Assembly: GCA_018304245.1 (NCBI GenBank)
Contig: JAGVWO010000005.1
Coordinates: forward strand, 1-60,557
Reading direction: 5' to 3'
Origin: Candidatus Pacearchaeota archaeon
GTDB taxonomy: Archaea > Nanobdellota > Nanobdellia > Pacearchaeales > UBA284
Length of the DNA: 60,557 nucleotides
The notes under the pieces: model-generated
What the model was told of the DNA's origin: nothing
Databases searched by the model: none
The model's input: only the letters and a program-made list of their open reading frames with translations
Shown: piece after piece, positions 46,351 to 55,683 of the stretch
How positions within the stretch are numbered: the stretch's first letter is position 1
Layout of the letters: the number at the start of each line of letters is the position of its first letter
Made by a program: the position numbers and the translations under genes

Positions 46351-46881
46351 ATGGGAAAATTAAAGACAATTACCTTTGTGGGACTAACATTATTATTAGC
46401 TGGGACATCATTCCTATCATGTAATAAAAAATCAAAAAAAAGTGTTGAAGTCTATCAAGCAGAATTATTAAACAGAGAAATTGATAATGTTTGCAATCAT
46501 TTTGCATTTGAAGGAAGATTAAATAGAAATAATCTGGAAGGTTTACAGAAACTCGATAAAGATCGTGTACCTTCTTATTATGCCCTTTATGATTCTTGCT
46601 TAGATTATCTTGCCATGGGTATTATTAAAGAAGCTCAAGGAAAAAACGATTCTGCTGCTCTTTTTTATTCTCAATGTATGAATGAAATGGATAAGGAAAA
46701 GGAAGATTCATTTATTTCAAAACATGGTGGGGCGTCTTTAGTTGCTTTTGGACCCTTAAGATTTTATAATGAAAAAGTTTCAGAACAAGATAGTGTTCAA
46801 AAATATATTTTAAAAGCAAAACAATTAGAAAATAATTATACTCCAAAAAAAGTTAAAGAATATCTTGATTCTTTTGAATAA
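46351..46881 (+). CDS. secreted/lipoprotein-like helical-repeat protein, paralog A
   Basis: N-terminal MGKLKTITFVGLTLLLAGTSFLSC (signal plus possible lipobox Cys). Distantly similar along its length to the ORF at 48312-49007. Confidence 0.5.
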   Translation: MGKLKTITFVGLTLLLAGTSFLSCNKKSKKSVEVYQAELLNREIDNVCNHFAFEGRLNRNNLEGLQKLDKDRVPSYYALYDSCLDYLAMGIIKEAQGKNDSAALFYSQCMNEMDKEKEDSFISKHGGASLVAFGPLRFYNEKVSEQDSVQKYILKAKQLENNYTPKKVKEYLDSFE

Positions 46882-46882
46882 T

Positions 46883-48148
46883 TTAACTTGTTTTTATAAG
46901 TCCAATATCATCTGCATTATTTATATAAGCAACTTCAATATTCTGATATTTGTTGTTTATCTCCAGGATTTCTTCATTTTCTTCAGATAATACTGGAATA
47001 TTATAATTGTCTTTTCCATTTTCTGTATAAGCTAGTTTGTCTACCTGAATTTCATTGTTTTCTGCTACTGTAAAAGAGGGAATGCTTCCGTCAATTAGAT
47101 TAATACATTGTCTAGATACCTTCTGTCCATCGATTGTAAATCCTCCTGAAAGAGAACATAAATATCCCCCTAGTTTTTCATTTGAATTTGCATAAAGATT
47201 AAAATAACGATATGATGGAGCAAAAGTATAGTCTTTTACATCATTGGTTGAACATTGATCAAAAGACATCATAAATTGTGAGTCGCTATTGATACATAAA
47301 TCATCACTTTTTGAAGCATATTCTCCCAGGATTTTTCGAGCTAGACTATTATCTTTAAGCCAGGTTAAAAAGGTACCTTGTGGGGCAACCCCTATGATTG
47401 TTCTCCAAATCCTTCTTAATGGGTAAAATTCTTCTAAATATTTTGAATTGCACGTTGCTATTGATGTTGTAGAAAAAGGGATTCTTATTGCCCCATTCCT
47501 ATCAATACTTTTTACATTTATCTTATCTGCAATTATTAAAACATTATTTTCATTTATACACTTGATTTTAAAATTATTTTTAGAATATTTGTCACCATTT
47601 GTAAGAATTATTTCTCCTGAATCAAAATTGATTGTGCCAATCATGTTTACTATTGGTACGGATATATCTTTAGAATAAATAATTCTGCCAACATCTATCT
47701 GATCAGATTTTACATCTATTCTTCCAGAAATAATTTCATTTTTACTGTTAATTATTAATTCCCTATTTTCCCCATAAGGGTCTATTGCTATATTATTTTT
47801 AATTTGAATGAGTGGATTATAAATTCTATTAAAAAAATCGCTATTTATTGGAATCATATTATTATTACTAATTATTACTCCCCAATAACCATCTTGAGAT
47901 GTCCCACACCCGGTTAAATATTGTGCATTATCTGTACAAAATGCTACGCCACCTATGCTTGGTGCCCATGCAGAATTTCCTGCTGCTCCTGGAACATAAA
48001 CTTTCAAATTATTTCCCTCTTTTAATATATGGACGTTATTTCTGTCTTCGAAATCTGGATTGGAAATATCTCCTGCATCTGATAATTGCACGAAGAAAAT
48101 TGAAATTAATAAGAAAGAAAGGATAAATACGAATATTCTTTTTTTCAT
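46883..48148 (-). CDS. secreted hypothetical protein (421 aa)
   Basis: Sec-type signal peptide (IFVFILSFLLISIFFVQLSDA). Asn/Ile-rich beta-type sequence. Its stop abuts the stop of the convergent gene with a 1-nt gap. Confidence 0.5.
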   Translation of the reverse strand: MKKRIFVFILSFLLISIFFVQLSDAGDISNPDFEDRNNVHILKEGNNLKVYVPGAAGNSAWAPSIGGVAFCTDNAQYLTGCGTSQDGYWGVIISNNNMIPINSDFFNRIYNPLIQIKNNIAIDPYGENRELIINSKNEIISGRIDVKSDQIDVGRIIYSKDISVPIVNMIGTINFDSGEIILTNGDKYSKNNFKIKCINENNVLIIADKINVKSIDRNGAIRIPFSTTSIATCNSKYLEEFYPLRRIWRTIIGVAPQGTFLTWLKDNSLARKILGEYASKSDDLCINSDSQFMMSFDQCSTNDVKDYTFAPSYRYFNLYANSNEKLGGYLCSLSGGFTIDGQKVSRQCINLIDGSIPSFTVAENNEIQVDKLAYTENGKDNYNIPVLSEENEEILEINNKYQNIEVAYINNADDIGLIKTS

Positions 48149-48245
48149 TTTTTAACGATTTTTGTATTTGCTATTTATTTATTATTTTTATATAAAAATA
48201 AACAAGATATTTATAATTATCTACAATTAATTTTATTAATTTAAC

Positions 48246-48294
48246 CTTTATTGTCACTCATTAGTAGGTATAAAACAAAAGCTTTAAATAGTTT
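48246..48294 (+). promoter_or_regulatory. 49-bp upstream element, copy B (identical to 46285-46333)
   Basis: The same 49-mer. It ends 17 nt before the ATG at 48312. Confidence 0.6.
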
Positions 48295-48311
48295 TAGTTA
48301 TTAAGGATAAC

Positions 48312-49007
48312 ATGGGAAAATTAAAAGCAATTGGCATTACGGGATTGGCATTATTGCTAGCTGGAGTTCTTGCTTCAAAAGGTGATTGCCAAGATAAAAA
48401 AAACAGCAGGGGTTTTATAATACCAACAGAAGATGTTGCTGAGACCTGTATTATGGGGTATTGCACTCATGCAAATTCAAAATTTAATAAATCAAATGCC
48501 TTGATTGAAATAAGTCAAATAAAAAGTAATGGGGTCGAGGAAAGGTTTGAAAAAAATTTGCTATTTTATTTAGCAAATATGCCCGATTCAAGTATAAAAT
48601 ATTCTACAGTTTTAAAGACAGATGCTCCTGTCGAAAAAATGTTATTATATACATTAAAAGGATTATCTTTTGAAAAAAGTGGAAATTTGAAAAAAGCCAG
48701 GGATTTTTATAAAGAGGCCGATAAAGAAAGAAAAAAAGCAAAATTTTTTAAGCTCATTGGTGGAGAAGAAGCTATTTTTAGTCCAAATTATTTTCTCGGT
48801 AAAAGCTATTTTTCTGGAGATAAGAGGGATATAAGAAAAGGATTAAAAATATGGGAGAAAGAATATTTCCAATCTGAAAGAGATATTGGAAGCTATAGTT
48901 CTGCCCTATTAAAATTAAGCGGAGAAATTTCTGGTTTATATTTTGAATTAGGTAATTTTGAACAAGGAGAAAAATGGTTGTTTGAAAGATCTAAATATCT
49001 CAAATAA
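48312..49007 (+). CDS. secreted/lipoprotein-like helical-repeat (TPR-like) protein, paralog B
   Basis: N-terminal MGKLKAIGITGLALLLAG. The first 14 coding nt are identical to paralog A. Later similarity is weak (…ARDFYKEADKERKK…GGEEAIFSPNYF versus …AALFYSQCMNEMDKEKED…GGASLVAFGPLRF). Confidence 0.5.
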   Translation: MGKLKAIGITGLALLLAGVLASKGDCQDKKNSRGFIIPTEDVAETCIMGYCTHANSKFNKSNALIEISQIKSNGVEERFEKNLLFYLANMPDSSIKYSTVLKTDAPVEKMLLYTLKGLSFEKSGNLKKARDFYKEADKERKKAKFFKLIGGEEAIFSPNYFLGKSYFSGDKRDIRKGLKIWEKEYFQSERDIGSYSSALLKLSGEISGLYFELGNFEQGEKWLFERSKYLK

Positions 49008-50456
49008 TTATGCTCTTAATTCTTTTAAAAAATTATCTTCATTTGATGGAAAAATTAAGGCAAAATTTTTCCCAATTAAGCTAAATCCAGAATCTATTTT
49101 TTCTATTTTAAAATTTTCAGAGTCGAGTCCAAAATCGCTATTTTCTAATGAAAAATCTAATAAATTTGCTAAAGATTCTGAAGAAATATATGTGTTGTCG
49201 TTTGCTAATTTTAATTGCACGTTTCGGCTTCCTAACTGCCCCCCATATTCGGTTATTGCACCTGTGCTATCTATATTCGCTGTAGCAAGCCCTCCTTGAG
49301 GTCTTAACCTTAATTCATTATTTCCAGATTTGACATAAATATTTGCCCCAGAAATTAAATTTGTTCCACCATCTCTTTCATCTAAAACAAGAAGTGCTCT
49401 TTCTGGATTATTTCTGTTCTCTTCAAAACCAACAGTTACAAAATAAGCCCTATCTTGTTTTGGAGTAACTCTTATAAATCCGAGGTTATCTTGAGGATAA
49501 AGTCTTGAAACAAATACGTTCTCATTAGTATAATAAAGTCGCGAAATATGCCCAAAGTATTTATCTGAAGTTTGATATTTGGTTATCACATCTCCTGAAG
49601 AAGGTATCCCATTATCAAAAAATGAAATTACCAAAAAACCATTTCCTCTAAGATTTTTTCTACCGCCATTAAATGAAATTCTCGTTTCCTTGTCTGTAGG
49701 TTTAATTACAATTTCGCTTTGAGGTAATTTAATATTGTTTACATATCCAATATAACTATTTGTTTTTAAATAATATCCTGCATAAATTTCGTTTTTTTCT
49801 CCAGAAGGGTAAATAATTTCCCCAGAAACAATTTCGGGCGCAAAAATATTTTGACCATATAAATTTACATTAGTATTTTCTTGAAGAAGGTTTTCATTAA
49901 GAAGTGCAGAATAGATTATAGGTGTATTGATTCTCGCATTAAAATCACTCCTATCAAATAAAAAATTATCTAAAATATAAAGTCCGGGATAAAAATTTCC
50001 GCTAGATCCCGATTCTATTAATCTTTTTTCTAACTCTTCCCCTATTTCACTTATTTTTTTTATTTTTGTTTCTCCCAATTCAACATATGTTATTTCATTT
50101 ACCCTTAAATTCTGTAAATTGATGCAATACGTAGAACTAATTCCCCCTGCAATGTTTTGGTTGATTGGTTGTCCAAAATATCTTTCTAAGACGTTATTTA
50201 CAAGATTATTTTGATCTATTGCGGTTCTTTCAGTACCCATCTTAAACAAAAAACTAATATGCACATTATTAGAATCTACTTGATTGATAATTGTATTTCC
50301 AGAAGTAAACTCAACATCTCCTTCTTGCACAACACATTGAGCAAGAGAAAAAATTGGTGAAATTAATAATGCAATCAAAATTACAAAAATTATTTTGCTA
50401 AAAAATTTCTTTGAAATTTTTAGCATCCCAAAATTAGATAATTTTGTGATTTTCAT
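49008..50456 (-). CDS. secreted hypothetical protein (482 aa)
   Basis: N-terminal hydrophobic segment IIFVILIALLISPIFSLAQC. The stop codon directly abuts the stop of the convergent gene at 48312-49007. The start lies 1 nt after the stop of the upstream pilin-like gene. Confidence 0.5.
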   Translation of the reverse strand: MKITKLSNFGMLKISKKFFSKIIFVILIALLISPIFSLAQCVVQEGDVEFTSGNTIINQVDSNNVHISFLFKMGTERTAIDQNNLVNNVLERYFGQPINQNIAGGISSTYCINLQNLRVNEITYVELGETKIKKISEIGEELEKRLIESGSSGNFYPGLYILDNFLFDRSDFNARINTPIIYSALLNENLLQENTNVNLYGQNIFAPEIVSGEIIYPSGEKNEIYAGYYLKTNSYIGYVNNIKLPQSEIVIKPTDKETRISFNGGRKNLRGNGFLVISFFDNGIPSSGDVITKYQTSDKYFGHISRLYYTNENVFVSRLYPQDNLGFIRVTPKQDRAYFVTVGFEENRNNPERALLVLDERDGGTNLISGANIYVKSGNNELRLRPQGGLATANIDSTGAITEYGGQLGSRNVQLKLANDNTYISSESLANLLDFSLENSDFGLDSENFKIEKIDSGFSLIGKNFALIFPSNEDNFLKELRA

Positions 50457-50457
50457 T

Positions 50458-51213
50458 TTAATTTTTTATTGCAAATCTCCAGGAAATGTTTTGTTCGTAA
50501 AATTGTTCTTTTATTAAAAACCATGACTCCTTGATTGTTTGATTATCAATTATTGGTAACATTGAAATAAAAACATTATTGTTCTCTGCGATACTATTTA
50601 TACAATTTAAGCAGACATATGGTTTGTTTGAATTATATTCATTAATTAAATTTCTTGACATATTTAATTTTTTTACAATATTATAATCTATATTAAAGTT
50701 ATATGTATTCTTTTCTGGGAGTTTTGATGAAAATGCCCCTTTGTTTATTTGGATAGGGCAATCAAAGGTAATTTTTATTTTATCTGAAACAATGACTTTT
50801 GATGAACAATTGATTTTTACGATTTGATAATCTTTTAATGCTGTTGGAAAAGTAAAACAGTAATCTATCTGTTTATCTATTTCTTTTGCTAATTCTGTTT
50901 CGATTAAATTGATTGGGGGAATTCCGGTTTTATTATCTATAGAATAATATGCTGTTTTTTCATCATAAAAAACGGCTAGACTATACTTTTGTAAATCGCT
51001 ATATCCTGCTTGTGATGCAACAATAGTTACCGCATATTTTGATTTATCTAAAAAACATTGTGAAAAATAATTATTTATTGGCGTTAAATTATCTTCCTGT
51101 AATTTTAATCCGAACCAACCATTAGGGATTGCTACAAAAAAGATTAATGCAACTATAGCAATTATTAAAATTGCAATAATAATAAATATAGTAACCTGGC
51201 CTCTTTTTTGCAT
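50458..51213 (-). CDS. protein with class III (archaeal type IV pilin-like) signal peptide
   Basis: N-terminus MQKRGQVTIFIIIAILIIAIVALIFFVA: a short basic region, Gly, then an uninterrupted hydrophobic helix, as in archaeal prepilin substrates. Confidence 0.45.
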   Translation of the reverse strand: MQKRGQVTIFIIIAILIIAIVALIFFVAIPNGWFGLKLQEDNLTPINNYFSQCFLDKSKYAVTIVASQAGYSDLQKYSLAVFYDEKTAYYSIDNKTGIPPINLIETELAKEIDKQIDYCFTFPTALKDYQIVKINCSSKVIVSDKIKITFDCPIQINKGAFSSKLPEKNTYNFNIDYNIVKKLNMSRNLINEYNSNKPYVCLNCINSIAENNNVFISMLPIIDNQTIKESWFLIKEQFYEQNISWRFAIKN

Positions 51214-51298
51214 ATTTCTTATTGTCTTTCTTGTTTTAAAAATCTTCTCTCTTTTTTTGATTTTAACCAGTTAGGATAAATTCATTTTTGACATAAGT

Positions 51299-51306
51299 TT
51301 TAAATA
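51299..51306 (+). promoter_or_regulatory. TATA box for tRNA-Phe
   Basis: TTTAAATA ends 25 nt upstream of the tRNA 5' end. Confidence 0.45.
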
Positions 51307-51330
51307 TCCTCTTTTGATATTTTTCCTAGT

Positions 51331-51403
51331 GGGGCGGTAGCTCAGCTGGGAGAGCACACGGCTGAAGACCGTGGTGTCGGGGGTTCGAGTCCCTCCCGCC
51401 CCA
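51331..51403 (+). tRNA. tRNA-Phe (anticodon GAA), no encoded CCA
   Basis: GGGGCGG-TA-GCTC-AGCTGGGA-GAGC-A-CACGG-CTGAAGA-CCGTG-GTGTC-GGGGG-TTCGAGT-CCCTC-CCGCCCC-A. This is a full cloverleaf, GC-rich against an AT-rich background. Confidence 0.95.
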
Positions 51404-51459
51404 TATGCGTAATATTTATAAAATAGAAAAAAGATATACCATTAGAAAAAGAGGCTGAA

Positions 51460-52041
51460 ATGATTACAAAAAACAAAAAAGGTTTTGAGATGTCTATTAA
51501 TACCATTGTTATTCTTGTCATTGCAGTTACCATGTTAATTCTCGGAATTGTTCTTGTAAAAACAATAATGTGCGGAGCAATGAATTTAGCTGCTTCAACA
51601 AACGAAGGTGCACAAGCACAAATTGACAAATTATTTGGAGAAGAAAAAGGAGATGTTGTAAGTTGTATGGGTATAAGCACGCCAATAGATATCATTCCTG
51701 GAGAATACAATATTATTGGTTGTGGATTTAAGGCAAGTTCAACTGCAAATTATGTATATACTTATACTATCTTAAGTGCAAATAAAAATACTGTTAAAAC
51801 CTGGATACCTGAGGCAGATGCTAGTGGTGTTATTAAGGGGGAAATTACTGTTCCTGCAGGGCAGATAGGTTATGGAACATTCACGATAAAACCAGATGAT
51901 TTTGCAGATGAAGAATTAATAACTATCAAGTTAACAGTCTCTAGAAAAGATGCTGGGGGTGTTCTTAAACCGGTTGCTGCAGATCAGACAATCAGATTGA
52001 ATATTAAGAGAGCAAGCTTTATTCAAAAGGGTGTTTGTTAA
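51460..52041 (+). CDS. small secreted protein with pilin-like (class III) N-terminus
   Basis: MITKNKKGFEMSINTIVILVIAVTMLILGIVLV: a basic stretch, Gly-Phe, then a hydrophobic helix. The remainder is beta-rich. Confidence 0.45.
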   Translation: MITKNKKGFEMSINTIVILVIAVTMLILGIVLVKTIMCGAMNLAASTNEGAQAQIDKLFGEEKGDVVSCMGISTPIDIIPGEYNIIGCGFKASSTANYVYTYTILSANKNTVKTWIPEADASGVIKGEITVPAGQIGYGTFTIKPDDFADEELITIKLTVSRKDAGGVLKPVAADQTIRLNIKRASFIQKGVC

Positions 52042-52138
52042 TAGCAAACTTTTATAAAATAATTTCTTTTTTATACTAAACAAAAGATAAGAACTATCTA
52101 AAAAATATAAAATAAAAGACGTAAAAAATAATAAAAAA

Positions 52139-53554
52139 ATGTTAAAATTATATAATACCTTAACAAGAAAGAAAGAAGATTTTGAACCTATTTTAAAAAG
52201 ACAGGCCGGAATTTATACCTGTGGTCCAACTGTTTATAATTATGCACATATTGGAAATCTCAGAACATATATCTTCGAGGATCTTCTAAAAAGAGTTCTT
52301 CTTTATGATGGTTTTAATGTAAAACATGTTATGAATATTACAGATGTTGGACATTTGCAAGGCGATACAGATGAGGGTGAAGATAAGGTTGAAATGTCTG
52401 CAAGAAAAGAGAAAAAAAGTGCATGGGATATTGCAAGAGCTTATGAAGAAGCTTTCAAAAATGACCTTGTTTTACTTAATATTCAGGAACCAGATATTTG
52501 GTGTAGGGCTACAGAACACATAAAAGAACAAATCGAATTAATAAAAAAACTCGAGGAAAAAGGATATACTTACAAAATTGAAAATGATGGAATTTATTTT
52601 GATACATCTAAATTAAAAGATTATGGGAAACTCGCAAAATTAAAAAAACAGAATTTAAAAGCTGGAGCAAGGATTGCCTTTGCTTCTGGAAAAAGAAATA
52701 TTACTGATTTTGCTTTATGGAAATTTTCTCCAGAAGATTCTAAAAGACAAATGGAATGGCCCTCACCATGGGGAATCGGTTTTCCAGGCTGGCATGTTGA
52801 ATGTTCTGCCATGTCTATGAAATACCTTGGAGAAACCTTTGATATTCATTGTGGGGGAATTGATCATATCCCGGTTCATCACGCTAATGAAATTGCTCAA
52901 AGTGAAGTAGCCACCGGTAAACCTTTTGTTAATTATTGGCTTCATGGAAATTTCCTTGTACTAAATAAGGGAAAAATGGCAAAATCTTCTGGGGCTTTCT
53001 TAAAATTACAAAGCCTTTTAGAGAAAGGTTATGAACCACTATCTTACAGATATTTTTGTTTAACTGCACATTATAGAAATGAACTTGTGTTTTCATGGGA
53101 AAATTTAGATGCTGCAAATGCGGCTTTCAAAAATTTAAAAAACAAAATTAGGGAAATTAAATCAAATCTTTGTGGTAGTGCAAGAAGTTCACACGTTCAA
53201 GAATATAAACAACAATTTATAGAAGCAATTAATGAGGACTTAGATATTCCAAAAGCATTGGTAATATTCTGGAAAGCGCTAAAAGATAATGAATTGAGTA
53301 ATACAGAGAAATACGGACTTATTATTGATTTTGATAAGATATTTGGTTTAGGGTTGGATAGCATAAAAGAAGAAGAGGTTATAATTAATGAAGAACTTAA
53401 GGAACTTATTGCAGAAAGAGAAAAATCCAGAAAAGATAAAAAATGGAAAAAAGCTGACGAAATCAGAGATAAAATAAAAAAATTGGGTTTTATTGTAGAA
53501 GATTCTGAAGATGGTCCAAAACTTAAAAGATTCTCTCAAGATTCTTTAATCTAA
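52139..53554 (+). CDS. cysS: cysteine--tRNA ligase
   Basis: Class I HIGH (AHIGNLRT) and KMSKS (KMAKSSG) motifs. Zn-binding CGP...C...HC..H pattern. Confidence 0.95.
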   Translation: MLKLYNTLTRKKEDFEPILKRQAGIYTCGPTVYNYAHIGNLRTYIFEDLLKRVLLYDGFNVKHVMNITDVGHLQGDTDEGEDKVEMSARKEKKSAWDIARAYEEAFKNDLVLLNIQEPDIWCRATEHIKEQIELIKKLEEKGYTYKIENDGIYFDTSKLKDYGKLAKLKKQNLKAGARIAFASGKRNITDFALWKFSPEDSKRQMEWPSPWGIGFPGWHVECSAMSMKYLGETFDIHCGGIDHIPVHHANEIAQSEVATGKPFVNYWLHGNFLVLNKGKMAKSSGAFLKLQSLLEKGYEPLSYRYFCLTAHYRNELVFSWENLDAANAAFKNLKNKIREIKSNLCGSARSSHVQEYKQQFIEAINEDLDIPKALVIFWKALKDNELSNTEKYGLIIDFDKIFGLGLDSIKEEEVIINEELKELIAEREKSRKDKKWKKADEIRDKIKKLGFIVEDSEDGPKLKRFSQDSLI

Positions 53555-53610
53555 AAAATTAGAAAAACAAAAACTTAAAACATCTTTTTTCCTTAATAAT
53601 CTAACAAAAT

Positions 53611-54189
53611 ATGAAATCTCGAGAAATCAATTACGAAAAATTTAGGTGGTTCTTTACTTCAAATAATCTTTTGGTTATTGGTGGAAAAAGTGCCGAACAG
53701 AATGAAGAAACAATTCCCTTAGCTGAAAAAGGCGATATGGTAGTACATACTAAACTCCCTGGAAGCCCTTTTTGTATTATTAAATCAGAAGGACAAAAAA
53801 TAACAGATTCAGACATTAAAGAAACTGCTGTTTTTTGCGCAAGTTTTTCACAACAATGGAAGAAAAATAAAAAGGAAGTTGAAATTCATGTTTTTTCTCC
53901 AAATCAAATATTTAAAGATATTAAAACAAAAAAAGGAACATTCACAGTGGTTGGAAAATCCAAGACAATTAAAGTTAAACCAGAATTATGGTTAACAATT
54001 CAAGAGAAAAAATTGAGGGCTGTTCCAGAGGGTGCTGCACAAGAAAAATTTTTCAGAATTAAACCAGGGGATATTCCAAAAGAAAAATTCGCAAGGATTT
54101 TAAGAGAAAAATTAAGGGGGATGGAAATTAATTTCTCTGAAGAAAATATCTTAAGTGCAATCCCAAGTGGGGGATTTGCAGAAGTTTAA
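53611..54189 (+). CDS. stand-alone NFACT-R1 (DUF814) domain protein
   Basis: FFTSNNLLVIGGKSAEQNEE...GDMVVHTKLPGSPFCIIK...AVFCASFS pattern typical of DUF814. Confidence 0.7.
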   Translation: MKSREINYEKFRWFFTSNNLLVIGGKSAEQNEETIPLAEKGDMVVHTKLPGSPFCIIKSEGQKITDSDIKETAVFCASFSQQWKKNKKEVEIHVFSPNQIFKDIKTKKGTFTVVGKSKTIKVKPELWLTIQEKKLRAVPEGAAQEKFFRIKPGDIPKEKFARILREKLRGMEINFSEENILSAIPSGGFAEV

Positions 54190-54231
54190 AATAGAATAAT
54201 ATTAAAAGATTAAATAAATTAAACAAACAAA

Positions 54232-54486
54232 ATGTCAAATACAATTTCCTTTCAAATTGGAAAAAAAGGATTAACTAAAGAATTTATAGAAGGACTGGCA
54301 AAAACATTTAAAAAGCACGATTTGGTTAAAATTAGTGTACTGAAAAGTGCTCTCAGAGACCGAGAAGCCCTTAAAAAAATGGCTGAAAATCTCTGTTTTG
54401 AATTAAAGGCTTTAGAGAAAAAAGATTTTACATATAAAGCAATAGGGTATACCCTAGTTATCAAAAAATGGCGAAAAGCATTATAA
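54232..54486 (+). CDS. YhbY/CRM-domain RNA-binding protein
   Basis: IGKKGLTKEFIEGLAKTFKKHDLVKISVLKS...GYTLVIKK. Confidence 0.75.
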   Translation: MSNTISFQIGKKGLTKEFIEGLAKTFKKHDLVKISVLKSALRDREALKKMAENLCFELKALEKKDFTYKAIGYTLVIKKWRKAL

Positions 54487-54905
54487 TACCACAAGAAATC
54501 GATGCAGCAAAGTTTATTGCGGCTTTAGCTGAAGAATTAAAAAAAATCGATGATATGAAAGCTCCAAAATGGACTGATTTTGTTAAAACAAGTCCTTCAA
54601 AAATGAGGCCTCCTGAAAATGAAGATTGGTGGTATGTTCGTGCAGCAAGCATTCTTAGACAAGTTTATATTAAAGGAGTAGTCGGAGTAAGCAAATTAAG
54701 AACAAAATATGGTTCACGAAAAAAACGAGGAGTTGCCCCTGAAAAATTCAAAAGAAGTGGTGGAAAAATTATAAGAACAATATTACAACAATCAGAAAAA
54801 TCTGGTTTAACTGAAAAAGTAAAAGAGAAAAATGCGGGAAGGAGATTAACAAAAAAAGGAAAAGAACTTCTAGAAAAATTAGCCCAAAATTTAAAAAATA
54901 AATAA
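54468..54905 (+). CDS. rps19e: 30S ribosomal protein S19e
   Basis: PPENEDWWYVRAASILRQVYIKGVVGVSKLRTKYGSRKKRG...SGGKIIRTILQQSEKSGL. Confidence 0.9.
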   Translation: MAKSIIIPQEIDAAKFIAALAEELKKIDDMKAPKWTDFVKTSPSKMRPPENEDWWYVRAASILRQVYIKGVVGVSKLRTKYGSRKKRGVAPEKFKRSGGKIIRTILQQSEKSGLTEKVKEKNAGRRLTKKGKELLEKLAQNLKNK

Positions 54906-54939
54906 GACAATAAATTTTCAATAAATAATAGATTACAAA

Positions 54940-55170
54940 ATGGCAAAATATAAACCAGCTGCAAAAAAGACAAGACTGGGAACACAAAGAAAAAGAACCA
55001 AATGGGCACCGTATTGGACTGTTCTTAAGGTTTTTGGAAAAGGAAAAAGAATACATCCATCAAGATTAACAAGGGTAAAAAGACATTGGAGAAGAAATAA
55101 AATAAAAACCAGTATCAAGGTAAATCAAATAACAAAACCAAGAACAAAGAAGGTTTTAAGAAAATATTAA
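54940..55170 (+). CDS. rpl39e: 50S ribosomal protein L39e (extended)
   Basis: Core KRTKWAPYWTVLKVFGKGKRIHPSRLTRVKRHWRRNKI, plus extra basic residues at both ends. Confidence 0.85.
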   Translation: MAKYKPAAKKTRLGTQRKRTKWAPYWTVLKVFGKGKRIHPSRLTRVKRHWRRNKIKTSIKVNQITKPRTKKVLRKY

Positions 55171-55197
55171 ACTTATTTAAAAAATTTATAAAAAACA

Positions 55198-55659
55198 ATG
55201 GCAGATTTAGAACGAACATACACCATCCCATTAAAGAGAGAAGTATCTAAGGTTGCATATCACAAGAGGGCAAAAAAAGCTGTAAAAGCTGTAAAAGAAT
55301 TTTTAGCAAAACATATGAAGGTTAATAATCGAGATCTTAACAAAATCAAACTTAGCGATGAAATTAATAGGGCTGTTTGGAGCAGGGGAATAAAAAGCCC
55401 TCCACAAAAAATAACTGTTAAAGCAACAAAAGACAAAGACGGTATTGTAAAGGTTGAATTTGCTGGTCTTCCAAAAAAATTCAAAATAGAAGAGCAAAAG
55501 ATAAAGAAAGGTATGGAAAAGAAAGCAAAGAAAATTGCAGAAAAAGTTAAAACTAAAAAAGTGAAAGAACAGAAGACAGAAAGCACAGAACAAAAAGTAG
55601 AAACAAAACCTTCTAGCGAAAAAGAATTAAAGCCTGAGAAAAAAGTCAAAAAGGTATAA
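55198..55659 (+). CDS. rpl31e: 50S ribosomal protein L31e with long Lys/Glu-rich C-terminal extension
   Basis: Core ERTYTIPLKR...RAKKAVKAVKEFLAKHMK...IKLSDEINRAVWSRGIKSPPQKITV, followed by a ~60-aa K/E-rich tail. Confidence 0.9.
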   Translation: MADLERTYTIPLKREVSKVAYHKRAKKAVKAVKEFLAKHMKVNNRDLNKIKLSDEINRAVWSRGIKSPPQKITVKATKDKDGIVKVEFAGLPKKFKIEEQKIKKGMEKKAKKIAEKVKTKKVKEQKTESTEQKVETKPSSEKELKPEKKVKKV

Positions 55660-55683
55660 AAATTCAAGATTTCTTAGATATTT

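Noticed and set aside
51342-51710. 122-aa minus-strand ORF.
   Set aside because: It overlaps the tRNA-Phe gene and the start of the plus-strand pilin-like gene. It has no motif support and is spurious.
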